A DNA stretch of 64,000 bases from a virus. A program made the translations under genes and the position numbers. The DNA is taken from positions 1-64,000 of the IMG/VR virus record IMGVR_UViG_3300046167_000873; one strand, written 5' to 3'. Shown piece by piece: positions 47,269-56,485 of this stretch. The notes beneath the pieces are model-generated. The model had not been told where the DNA came from and searched no databases. It saw only the letters and a list, made by a program, of their open reading frames with translations. Numbering within the stretch: position 1 is the first letter of the stretch; each line of letters begins with the position of its first letter.

Positions 47269-47276
47269 TATTTATA
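47269..47276 (-). promoter_or_regulatory. late promoter TATAAATA for gp23
   Basis: Exact consensus. Confidence 0.85.
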
Positions 47277-47282
47277 AAAAAG

Positions 47283-48341
47283 TTATTTTCGGTTAGTTTT
47301 AGATATAGCCTGGACATAATGTCGAACATCTTCAGAGACATAAGACGGACTATCTTCAGCTTGATCATTAGAACCAACTGAAACTTCTTCATTAATTAGA
47401 CCAGTATGTCCTTCCTCTTTTGCAGACTCAGTGAAATACTGTTCTTTAATGATCTTCAATTTTTCAACATATTCATCAATGCTTCCATACTCAATTCCTT
47501 CAGACAATTGACGCAGTTTTTCAGATTGTGTTTGTACCAATCCTTCAGAAACTTCATCAAATGCAAGTTCTTGGGTTGCTTCAGCCATAACGTTATTTAG
47601 TTGAACGTTTTCAGCTTCAACTGCTTCAAGTGCTTCTTCAAGAGAGTTAACTACAGCTACTAGATCTTCAACCAGGTCACTCTTTTCTTCAGGAACATCT
47701 ACGTAAGATTCTGAGAAAAGATTTTTTAGACCGTCGATGAAGTTCTCTGTAACATCAACTTTAATGTTATTTCGAAGTGCTACTTCGTTGGCTTCAAGCC
47801 ACTTCTCAGTAACGTAGTCCATATACTGTTCTACTTGCTCATGAAGTGTAGAAACAGAAGCAGCTACTTGCTCTTCAAGTTCAGCAGCAAAGGCCTCTTC
47901 GAGTTCAGCTTCAATGAGGGTAGCGCGATTATTGATAGTTGCTTCAAAAATCGTAAGTACACGAGTTTGAGCTTCTTCTGAAAGCTCACTACCAGAAAAC
48001 AGTTCTTGCATGTCTTCTTTCATAGCTTTCGCAGGGGTAGCAACACGAGGTGATGGAACACCAGCTCCTGAGTTACTAACTGATGATGCGTTCTTACCTG
48101 ACGTATCAGGTACAGTATCAGCTTCTTTACCAACTTGAGCAAGAGTCTTGTCAAGGAAAGATGATAGATCTTGCTTTGTCATACCTGCAACCTTAGACAT
48201 AAGGTCGCTTAACATTGCTGATTTAGATGCTGTTGGCTTTAACGATGCAGCTGCGGCAGAAGCCTCAGTAACGTCTTCAGCAGACTCAACAACTTCAACA
48301 TCAACCTGATCGGTTACCTCAACGGTATTTTCTTCAGACAT
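47283..48341 (-). CDS. gp22: prohead core scaffold protein
   Basis: IFEA, YMDYV.EKW..ANE.A, F..GLK.LF, KE.YF; position. Confidence 0.92.
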   Translation of the reverse strand: MSEENTVEVTDQVDVEVVESAEDVTEASAAAASLKPTASKSAMLSDLMSKVAGMTKQDLSSFLDKTLAQVGKEADTVPDTSGKNASSVSNSGAGVPSPRVATPAKAMKEDMQELFSGSELSEEAQTRVLTIFEATINNRATLIEAELEEAFAAELEEQVAASVSTLHEQVEQYMDYVTEKWLEANEVALRNNIKVDVTENFIDGLKNLFSESYVDVPEEKSDLVEDLVAVVNSLEEALEAVEAENVQLNNVMAEATQELAFDEVSEGLVQTQSEKLRQLSEGIEYGSIDEYVEKLKIIKEQYFTESAKEEGHTGLINEEVSVGSNDQAEDSPSYVSEDVRHYVQAISKTNRK

Positions 48342-48377
48342 TAGATGCACTCCTAATTTTTTACGTTATTAATATAG

Positions 48378-48385
48378 TATTTATA
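48378..48385 (-). promoter_or_regulatory. late promoter TATAAATA for gp22
   Basis: Exact consensus. Confidence 0.85.
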
Positions 48386-48389
48386 TAAA

Positions 48390-49052
48390 TTAATTTCTAG
48401 AGATTTTATTCAAAAAATTCTCGAATATTTCAATCTTCTTTTGCTCTGATAATTGATTACGGCGAACAGAAGCTTCGATCTCTTCTTCAATATCCTCTAT
48501 AGATTTTGAATTAAGTTTACCATTATCCCAGACCCATTCCACTCCTTCCATAATCCCGTTAACAAAAGCATCTGGCGCTGAAGGATCCGCAACGATATCA
48601 GCAGCAGTCGCCAAATGGAAATCATCTTGTACTTCCATGATTCCATCTTTACCTTCTTTAATAGAACCCATACCACGGCTTGAAACACCGAGTTGTGCTC
48701 CGTCTTCTATTAAGCCCCTTGCAATTTGACCCATAGGAGTAGAAGATATTTTGGCTTTACCAATAAAGTTATCTCCTTCACGCTTAAGTTCTGTAATGAT
48801 ATGAGATACACGATCTAAATTGACACCTGGTCCATCAGGGTGACCGAGCTCGCCATATGCGCGACCTTTTTCAACAGATTCTTTTACATAACGATTTACT
48901 TCTCTATCAAGTATGTTAGTATTGTAGAGTCGGCCATTTCGGTTTTTGATATTTCCTTGAAGAAAAATACCTTCGATAAAAAGGTTTTTCTTACCATCTT
49001 TTTCTTCAGTAAGAATTTTAACTGCTTCTGTAACTTCTGTAATAAGTTTCAT
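48390..49052 (-). CDS. gp21: prohead protease
   Basis: IEGIFLQ, NRNGR.Y, GELGHP, GVSSRGMGS, DIVADPSAPDA. Confidence 0.97.
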   Translation of the reverse strand: MKLITEVTEAVKILTEEKDGKKNLFIEGIFLQGNIKNRNGRLYNTNILDREVNRYVKESVEKGRAYGELGHPDGPGVNLDRVSHIITELKREGDNFIGKAKISSTPMGQIARGLIEDGAQLGVSSRGMGSIKEGKDGIMEVQDDFHLATAADIVADPSAPDAFVNGIMEGVEWVWDNGKLNSKSIEDIEEEIEASVRRNQLSEQKKIEIFENFLNKISRN

Positions 49053-49062
49053 TGTTGTGTCC

Positions 49063-49296
49063 TTACGATATGGTGTATGCTACACTAACAGCTTCAATAG
49101 TGCCAGTAGCATTGATCGTATCTGCTGGTGATTTTTCTAGAAAAACAATAGAACCAGTTGGCATTGAAAAAGATCCGCCAGTAGCAATATTAGTAACAAC
49201 ACCTGCAGCGGTTGCATATAACCTTACGACAACAGCATTAGCGACAGTTGTTGGTCCGCTAATGGTCGCTTCTGCATTTAATGGTTTAACTATCAT
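49063..49296 (-). CDS. small hypothetical virion protein
   Basis: ORF upstream of gp21. Confidence 0.6.
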   Translation of the reverse strand: MIVKPLNAEATISGPTTVANAVVVRLYATAAGVVTNIATGGSFSMPTGSIVFLEKSPADTINATGTIEAVSVAYTIS

Positions 49297-50015
49297 GATC
49301 CTAACCCGTCCTCTATTAATAAAGCGCAAAACGCTGTTGTGATTCTGGCATTACCAGACCCTACTTTACTTGCCGCGCGAAGATCTATGTCAGCGGTTGC
49401 CCCTATCTCGAGTGGAAACTGAAAATCGTAGTCATAGACTCCACTAAACAATTCCCCTGTGTGTGCAATTCTAAATGCATCCTCACCAGGAAATTTCTTA
49501 TATACGAATAGCGAAGCTGATGCATCAGATGAGGCTGATAACTTTGTCATATACAACTTTGAGTTAGCAGGTACTGTATAAACAGACATCAACGTTTGAG
49601 CTTGTTCAGCAAGTATAAGTGCTACGATATCTCCATTAACAGTTATGTCTATATCGTCAGTATTTTCACTGCCAGTACTTATAAAAGCTCTATTAATCCT
49701 TTTAAATTCTACTGTTCCAGTAGTGCCTGCATTAGAAACTACAATATCTTCTTGTACAAATTCATAATTATCATCCAATCCTTGGACGGTAACTATTTTT
49801 CCATCATCAGCTGTAGAAGCAGCAGCAGTTACTGTCGCAGTATTAGCAGTATCAAAAGCACTCCACGGATAAAGTGTTCCTTCATCCCAAACAGTAGAAG
49901 TAACACCATTACCTAAAGATGGAACAGCACCAAACTTATGCACATGAGAGGTGCCTTTTACGACACCTCTTGAAACGTTTAAACCAAAATCATCTGGATA
50001 ATACGATTGCGACAT
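49293..50015 (-). CDS. hypothetical virion-associated protein
   Basis: HKFG, QGLD.NY, QTLM.VYTVPA; lies in the head operon. Confidence 0.65.
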   Translation of the reverse strand: MSQSYYPDDFGLNVSRGVVKGTSHVHKFGAVPSLGNGVTSTVWDEGTLYPWSAFDTANTATVTAAASTADDGKIVTVQGLDDNYEFVQEDIVVSNAGTTGTVEFKRINRAFISTGSENTDDIDITVNGDIVALILAEQAQTLMSVYTVPANSKLYMTKLSASSDASASLFVYKKFPGEDAFRIAHTGELFSGVYDYDFQFPLEIGATADIDLRAASKVGSGNARITTAFCALLIEDGLGS

Positions 50016-50755
50016 TAGTCAGTCTTCTTGCTTACTTCAGTTTCTGGCCTGTTCCTTTTCCAGATAACTTTACCTTCAGGTGTTTTTGTCTTAATCATTT
50101 TAAAATCAGAGTGGCGTTCTATATCTTCTTTGCGATATTTTTTCTTTGCTTTAGAATCACCGCTTGAACAACTAGCCTCGTCTACTTCTTTTTTTGTAAT
50201 TTTAGGGTTAGTATCAACGTTGCCATCTTTTGTTTCAACATTGCATTTACAATCTTTTTTACCACAAGCTTCACAGCAATCTTCGTCTTCTTCGTCTTCT
50301 TCGAAAATCCAATTGATAAATTCTTGACAACCTTCTTCTGTTGACAGCATCTCTTCTAAAAGTGCGGTCTCTTCAAGTGAAGCTTCTGTCTGTAAGAACT
50401 CGTCAATTGTTTCGTTTATAAATGCTGTTAGATCTTCTTCGCTACCATTACTAATAACGTTTTCTAGAATTTGAGATAAGTCTGAATTTTCAAAATCGCT
50501 TTCATAAACCTCTGCATCTTCTCCTGGCTCGTAGCCTTTACGATGCTTTTTACGAGGAGCCATTTTAGCTTTACTGCCTGCATCATGAGGATGGCCTTTT
50601 TGAGCTTTAACCGCTGGCGCATCTGTAACATCGACATTATCAACATGCTTGTCAATAAAGTCTTGTTCGCCTTGACCCTTCTCATCTTGGTCTAGATATC
50701 CGCCTTCGACTTTTTTCATCTTTTCTAAGATATCTTGTAATAGATCTTTACTCAT
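50015..50755 (-). CDS. acidic prohead core-like protein (gp68 position)
   Basis: Glu-rich; between gp67-like gene and gp21. Confidence 0.5.
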   Translation of the reverse strand: MSKDLLQDILEKMKKVEGGYLDQDEKGQGEQDFIDKHVDNVDVTDAPAVKAQKGHPHDAGSKAKMAPRKKHRKGYEPGEDAEVYESDFENSDLSQILENVISNGSEEDLTAFINETIDEFLQTEASLEETALLEEMLSTEEGCQEFINWIFEEDEEDEDCCEACGKKDCKCNVETKDGNVDTNPKITKKEVDEASCSSGDSKAKKKYRKEDIERHSDFKMIKTKTPEGKVIWKRNRPETEVSKKTD

Positions 50756-50981
50756 TGGAATATTCCGTATCTTGTATTTGTTCTTCTGATTCTAATTCTA
50801 TGTACTCGTTATCATCTTCTGTTACATTAGAATCAGGATTAAAAACGTTTGAAGCTATACTATGATATTGTTGTGCGACTACTGCGTCTAGCCTATCTGC
50901 CATAGCATTGTCGAAAGCTTGTTGCGCAGCTAACGGTTTATCGTCTAGAGCAGCCGAAATAAAATCTGTAATATCACTCAT
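50748..50981 (-). CDS. prohead core protein (gp67-like)
   Basis: Small acidic protein; A...F...M pattern; late promoter at 51001. Confidence 0.55.
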   Translation of the reverse strand: MSDITDFISAALDDKPLAAQQAFDNAMADRLDAVVAQQYHSIASNVFNPDSNVTEDDNEYIELESEEQIQDTEYSNE

Positions 50982-51000
50982 AGTTTATTCTCCTTTCCAT

Positions 51001-51008
51001 TATTTATA
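51001..51008 (-). promoter_or_regulatory. late promoter TATAAATA
   Basis: Exact consensus. Confidence 0.8.
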
Positions 51009-51022
51009 TAAAAAATACTTTA

Positions 51023-51628
51023 CTATCTTAATGCAATATCCTGCACTTTCGTTGCAATCCTTCCAAGCTTTTTGCCTGTAGTACCTGTGTCTCTATGATC
51101 AGCTAATTGCTCATCCCATACAGAATCAACAATTGCATCAATATCTGCCTGTGTAATCGCTACAGACGCTGCTTCAATCGTAATTAAATCTACGATGTTA
51201 GATCTTACAAGAGAAGTAGAAACACCTTCAGCAAATAAAAATGGGTTTTCTCCAGTTTCTCTTGTATATAAATTGCCGACTACTGTTAATGTATACGCGT
51301 CACCAGAAGCTGCTGGTTGAATTCTCCATCCGTTCTCTAAGAACAATGTAGTACCAACGTTTTGAACATCTGTAACTGGGTCTCCACCTAACACACTTAA
51401 AGCTTTAGGCCATGTCATTCCAGTGCCTTGTTCAGGTGACGCAAGTACCCATTCTTTCCAGGCTTCATAAATGTCTTCTTTAGCATTTATATCGGTGACG
51501 CCTGATGCAATATAAATTATTCTTGAGTAACCATCAAACGCAACTTTTTGATTACCAAACTGAAGCGTTGCCGCGTTCTCGTCTGTCCAGTTGTTAAACG
51601 TTTGATGGTAGTGAAGTCCCATTCCCAT
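51023..51628 (-). CDS. putative virion structural protein
   Basis: DIYEAWKEW..GGDP..FLENGW; VWDE..ADH..GT.G tail. Confidence 0.65.
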   Translation of the reverse strand: MGMGLHYHQTFNNWTDENAATLQFGNQKVAFDGYSRIIYIASGVTDINAKEDIYEAWKEWVLASPEQGTGMTWPKALSVLGGDPVTDVQNVGTTLFLENGWRIQPAASGDAYTLTVVGNLYTRETGENPFLFAEGVSTSLVRSNIVDLITIEAASVAITQADIDAIVDSVWDEQLADHRDTGTTGKKLGRIATKVQDIALR

Positions 51629-53724
51629 TATTGATTAATCTCAGACCATCCAAGATTGAAGTGTGCTGTTATATCTCCAATAGATGTATTCGATGTTTTA
51701 AAATCAATTGCTGGTTGCAATGGCTTAACTACTACAGTAAAGTAAATCTGATTACCATAGTCTCCACGCATACGACCGTTGCTTGTAATTGTTAACCCTT
51801 GAGTATTTACAGCAGTCGTAAACTCAATGTCTTCATAAAGTTCTGCTGTATTAATGCCAGTTACTTTAATATAAAAATCTTGACCGCCATTTTCGTCAAA
51901 GTTCAATACAGTACTAGCCGAACCAACTATGTCATAAAGTCGAATTGGATACCCTTCTCTGTGCCGCAACACAGCTGGCATACTATACGAGGTAGTTGTT
52001 CCGGTTGTCCAAGAAAATACTCCGTGATCTTCAGTACTACCATTCTCTGAATAGTTTTTAAATGCACCATCTTGGAAATTATTGAATGTTTGGTTTACAT
52101 CAACAAACCCTTTACTACGTACATACGTTGATAACATATGAGCGCCACCACCCCAAAACTTTGGGCGATCTGCAAGAACATAATTATTTGGCTTATACAC
52201 TTCTACGGCGTTATTAGGTAATTGACTTACTGGTACCATCCAAGGAGTGGAACCAGGATTTACCACAAACTCATCGCTGTTGATTGAATATGATGCGTCA
52301 CCACCCCCTAATACAGGATCTAAATAAACTTCAAACTCTACTAGTGCTTCTGAGCCGTCTTGATGATACGCCATAACTTCCATGTAGTTAGGCATATACA
52401 ATGTTCTATTAATGTTACCGCCGGAACCCGCCTCTAAAGTTTTGACTGGACTTAATACACCAATAAGTTCGTAATCCTGACCATTCTCTAACGATGTCGG
52501 ATCAAATGTTTTAGTAATAGTTTCTAGTCTATTACTTCCGATAGTATTAAGATCAATCTCATGCTCTGTTTGCACAGTTGCACACCAAGCAAATATTTTA
52601 GCATCATTTAAATTATTACCAGTATTTTTCATTGCAAAACAAATAGGCAATGAACCGGTTTGAGATGTAGGTTTACCGAAATTATCCGTACCTTCATGAT
52701 AATACTCGTGTATTACGATACGTTGTCCGCGGTGATATGTACCAAACCGAACTCGGCCTGCACCTAACCATTGGACATCAATCCAATAGATATTATCATC
52801 TTGAATCCTTAAATTCATTTGCGATAAACCTGTACCGTCGACAGGGTCGCCGTTGAATTCATCAGATTCAATTATTTTTTCTTGTACACTACCTGTTGCA
52901 GAAGACCTAATAACCAATTTTAATTTATTTGTATTATCGTTAACTCGGAACATATATCCGTTACTAAAGTCGAAATATCCCCAATTTCTAGTAACATTAG
53001 TTCCATAATCATCAGCAGTCAAAGCTACTGTCATCATTGCTGTCTGTGAGAATCCTGGAAAGTAGTGATGATATGTATTAGTAGTATGCGCCACTTGATC
53101 GAAGGATGAATCATTCTCAAAAGTAGTGCCAGGTGCACCTGAAGGGCAAGTCAATTCTAAAGCACGAAGATCACCCGAATGACCAATCGTTCCATTTCCT
53201 ACTCTAAGAGTGGAGAAATCATTTGGCAGTTGGTCATAAGCAAATACATATTCTCCTAAAGCGGTACCAGAAGATACTCTTAGTCTTCCAAATGCATCTA
53301 GTTGTGGGCGGCCTTCGTCAAACCGCATACTCATAGATCCAGTACTATCTACGTCTACTGTATTTTGTGGAGAATTTCCGCCACTGATATTCATATAAGG
53401 AACGTGAAGAATCTCATCACCTTGTATTGTAGCTACGATTGAGCCGTTATACCATAACTCATCCCCTAATACAAGACTTACATTGTTAAAATCTTGTCCA
53501 CTTGGGAATTTCATACCTACATAGCCGGAATCGCTATCTGGCCCTGTAAATATTACAACAGTAAATAATGGAGCGGACGCTCTATAGATTTGATAATCTT
53601 GTTGTAACTGCCAAATATGATTACCGACTCGAGCTGCGTATTGCACACGATGAAACGGCTCATGGCGAATCTTTTTGCCTGTGCTATCTATTGGTACCTG
53701 TACAAAACTTCTTTCGCCCGTCAT
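51628..53724 (-). CDS. putative virion structural protein
   Basis: DAFGRLRVS, YWIDVQWLGAGRVRFG motifs typical of phage structural proteins. Confidence 0.65.
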   Translation of the reverse strand: MTGERSFVQVPIDSTGKKIRHEPFHRVQYAARVGNHIWQLQQDYQIYRASAPLFTVVIFTGPDSDSGYVGMKFPSGQDFNNVSLVLGDELWYNGSIVATIQGDEILHVPYMNISGGNSPQNTVDVDSTGSMSMRFDEGRPQLDAFGRLRVSSGTALGEYVFAYDQLPNDFSTLRVGNGTIGHSGDLRALELTCPSGAPGTTFENDSSFDQVAHTTNTYHHYFPGFSQTAMMTVALTADDYGTNVTRNWGYFDFSNGYMFRVNDNTNKLKLVIRSSATGSVQEKIIESDEFNGDPVDGTGLSQMNLRIQDDNIYWIDVQWLGAGRVRFGTYHRGQRIVIHEYYHEGTDNFGKPTSQTGSLPICFAMKNTGNNLNDAKIFAWCATVQTEHEIDLNTIGSNRLETITKTFDPTSLENGQDYELIGVLSPVKTLEAGSGGNINRTLYMPNYMEVMAYHQDGSEALVEFEVYLDPVLGGGDASYSINSDEFVVNPGSTPWMVPVSQLPNNAVEVYKPNNYVLADRPKFWGGGAHMLSTYVRSKGFVDVNQTFNNFQDGAFKNYSENGSTEDHGVFSWTTGTTTSYSMPAVLRHREGYPIRLYDIVGSASTVLNFDENGGQDFYIKVTGINTAELYEDIEFTTAVNTQGLTITSNGRMRGDYGNQIYFTVVVKPLQPAIDFKTSNTSIGDITAHFNLGWSEINQ

Positions 53725-53752
53725 CGGTGTTTTCCTTTAGAATTCGTTATCA

Positions 53753-54310
53753 TTATTTATCTTCGCCGAGAGTGAGTTTGGTTTGAACTGTGTTAATCTC
53801 GTCTCTGGCTTCTTCAGCAGTATTTGAAGATTGCAATTCTTTTAATTTTTGTATTTTTTGATCGACTAATGCTTGAGCATCTTCAAATTTCTGATCTGCT
53901 TTTCTTTTAAGAAGATGTGTTTCAATTCGATCTGTATCGGAATTTTTTCGTAAAGCCCATTCGTCTCTATAATTTTGCCAAGTCATAATACCGTCTAAAA
54001 ATTGAGCTTCAACTAATGCAATTACTGAAGTCTCTTGGTCACTCCATTCTTTATCTGCACCTATTTCTGAAACAATTTTCATTTGTGAACAAACGTTTTC
54101 AGCAACAGGCAAGTCTTTTACACAAGGAACAACTACAATTCCTTTTATAGGATGAATAACAATATCCCAATAACTACCAAAACTATGCCAGCCATAATTC
54201 TTTTCAATCATCATTGGTTCGATGATATCAATTATTTCTGGTATAAAAGGCTGTAGTCCTTTCTTTTTTCTATTGCAAGCATTTCTTACTTCATATCTTG
54301 TATAATTCAT
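53753..54310 (-). CDS. hypothetical protein with internal duplication
   Basis: YGWHSFGSYWDI versus MTWQNYRDEWAL; C-terminal coiled coil. Confidence 0.6.
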   Translation of the reverse strand: MNYTRYEVRNACNRKKKGLQPFIPEIIDIIEPMMIEKNYGWHSFGSYWDIVIHPIKGIVVVPCVKDLPVAENVCSQMKIVSEIGADKEWSDQETSVIALVEAQFLDGIMTWQNYRDEWALRKNSDTDRIETHLLKRKADQKFEDAQALVDQKIQKLKELQSSNTAEEARDEINTVQTKLTLGEDK

Positions 54311-54322
54311 ATGTCCTCACTA

Positions 54323-54350
54323 TAAAAACTGGGGGCCTATAAGACCCCCC
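54323..54350 (-). terminator. probable terminator
   Basis: GGGGGTC..GGCCCCC followed by AGTTTTT. Confidence 0.55.
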
Positions 54351-54362
54351 TCTATACTATAC

Positions 54363-56429
54363 TTATGCAGGATTATCGTAGTTTCTTTCAAGTGGCGCAA
54401 TCAGTGTTATACTGTTTGAAATAGATCGCTGAATTGTTGCCTCAGCAGAAATATATTGAGCAGTATTTAATCCAATCGCTACAGCAGTAATTGGTGCATC
54501 TTCACCAGCTGATGCAGCACCTCGCTGTACGTTCTCATCATATGCATATGACTTCTGCAAAGTTAGAGCTACGATCGAACCAGCCATATCAACGTTAGAA
54601 GCGTCATCAACAATAATTGCAGATGCAGTACCATAATCTGCGCCAGCATTATCACCAGCATCATCGTTTGTAAAGAATACCCTGAAGATTGCATCAGTAT
54701 CATCTACAAGTGTCTGACTAAAGTTCAATGTCAGAATTGCCACAAACGGGAATGTCAAGTTAACGAACTGCGCAGGTGCTACAATCGAAGAACCATCAAC
54801 AGTACCAGATTCATCAGCACCAGTCTGTGCATATGTAAATGTTGTTGTGTTTGTCACAGTAACTTGGAAAGTTCCGTTAAACGAATCCGTCGTAGTGCCT
54901 GTTCCAGAGATTGTAATGTAGTCGTTACTGGTCAATCCATGCGTTCCAGACGTTACAACAGTTACAACGTTTGATGCTCTACTAATCGATGAGATAACAG
55001 CAGCGGCATTAACCTCAGAACCATAACCCCAGAAGTGTAACCTGTTCTGATCGGCTGTAGCAAAGTTGTTAATGTACACACCTTCGTAATCTTCAACTCC
55101 GGGTACATCTGGCTGACCAAGTGTGAATAGATCGTCTCCAACGAAGTTTAATTTCAGTGGAGTAATATCACCACGACGGACACCAGTAACACCAGTATTA
55201 TCATTGATATCAGTTGTCTTACGAAGTTGCGCTTGTATCCACTGATATATGATTTCAGCAGTAGGATTGGTTGTGTGTAATGAACCGGAGTCAGCATCAA
55301 TTTCAACCGTAAAGAATGCAGTTGGAACAGATGTTGGTGGGTTATTATTAAATCCTGTCTGCGAAGTAACATCACCAGAAGCAGCCCACGATATTGTCAT
55401 ATTGTTATAATATGTACCAGAGGCAACAGCAGGAGAAGTATTCTCAGTGGCGTTAGTAGCATTTAAATATGTAAATTCAGTTGCACTTGTTACAGTAATA
55501 GTTGCACCGCCAACACCAGTATTAAATCCGGTTTCAGTTGCACCTGAAATAGTAATCAAATCATTGCTTTCAAGTCCGTGTGCAGCTGAGGCTGTAACAG
55601 TAACAGTTGTACCGTTACCTGTAAGAGTATCGATTGCAATATCATCGCCTGCCGCTGCAGCTTCTGAGTCAGTTACTTTAACGTCAGTAGAGTTAACAAG
55701 CGGGAAACGATATGCTTGATATGTGGTACCAGCTTCAGCACCGATATCTGTTAGGTTAGCAGTATCATATGTTTTAGACCATGTTCGAAGGAATGCTTCA
55801 AAGAATAGACTATAGTTAAAACCATCAGCAGTTGAACCATCAGCGTTTGGATCGCTATAGAACTCAATCGCTTGGTTTGCAGCTCCAGTCAAAACGATAT
55901 CTACTGGTGCGCTTGTTGTGTCATTGATTTGACGATAGTAAATTTGGTCGTTAGAATCCAAACTACCCAACGAAATAAATGAGAACCAACGTTCCGTATC
56001 GTTAGTACCTGGACCAGCGTTAACCGCCCATCCACCTGTTCGAATAAGGTCTACCGTGTATGCACCACGTGAACCAGTATCTGCAACAGCAGCACCACCT
56101 TTAGCACCAGTATCGTCTACTTGGTCGAGGTTCCAACCGTTCGTAAACTCAAACTGCTCATCTGTAATAGGTGTCATTGGGAATGGGAATTTAATCAAAG
56201 TTGTATCATTCTTCCATCGTTCTTTGAGGAAAGAGTAAAGGCACTTTAGTGTTACACCAGAAACAGTCATACCGTTATTGCCTGGATCAACGGCCACATA
56301 GATCAACAAATTGGCTGTGTCAATATGAATCTCAGAAGCAGCTGCCCTAGAACCAGCACCGGTCGTATCGACGGTTGCTGCTAGATCATCTGGATCTGTA
56401 ATGACATCAGCGGCAATAAATTCTGCCAT
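54363..56429 (-). CDS. Thr/Ala/Asp-rich structural protein with two beta-repeat modules
   Basis: VTVT...HGL..ND.ITISG repeated twice. Confidence 0.7.
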   Translation of the reverse strand: MAEFIAADVITDPDDLAATVDTTGAGSRAAASEIHIDTANLLIYVAVDPGNNGMTVSGVTLKCLYSFLKERWKNDTTLIKFPFPMTPITDEQFEFTNGWNLDQVDDTGAKGGAAVADTGSRGAYTVDLIRTGGWAVNAGPGTNDTERWFSFISLGSLDSNDQIYYRQINDTTSAPVDIVLTGAANQAIEFYSDPNADGSTADGFNYSLFFEAFLRTWSKTYDTANLTDIGAEAGTTYQAYRFPLVNSTDVKVTDSEAAAAGDDIAIDTLTGNGTTVTVTASAAHGLESNDLITISGATETGFNTGVGGATITVTSATEFTYLNATNATENTSPAVASGTYYNNMTISWAASGDVTSQTGFNNNPPTSVPTAFFTVEIDADSGSLHTTNPTAEIIYQWIQAQLRKTTDINDNTGVTGVRRGDITPLKLNFVGDDLFTLGQPDVPGVEDYEGVYINNFATADQNRLHFWGYGSEVNAAAVISSISRASNVVTVVTSGTHGLTSNDYITISGTGTTTDSFNGTFQVTVTNTTTFTYAQTGADESGTVDGSSIVAPAQFVNLTFPFVAILTLNFSQTLVDDTDAIFRVFFTNDDAGDNAGADYGTASAIIVDDASNVDMAGSIVALTLQKSYAYDENVQRGAASAGEDAPITAVAIGLNTAQYISAEATIQRSISNSITLIAPLERNYDNPA

Positions 56430-56473
56430 CTTTATTCTCCTTTAAAGAGTTTTATTGTTATTATACTTCTGAA

Positions 56474-56481
56474 TATTTATA
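56474..56481 (-). promoter_or_regulatory. late promoter TATAAATA
   Basis: Exact consensus. Confidence 0.75.
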
Positions 56482-56485
56482 CGTT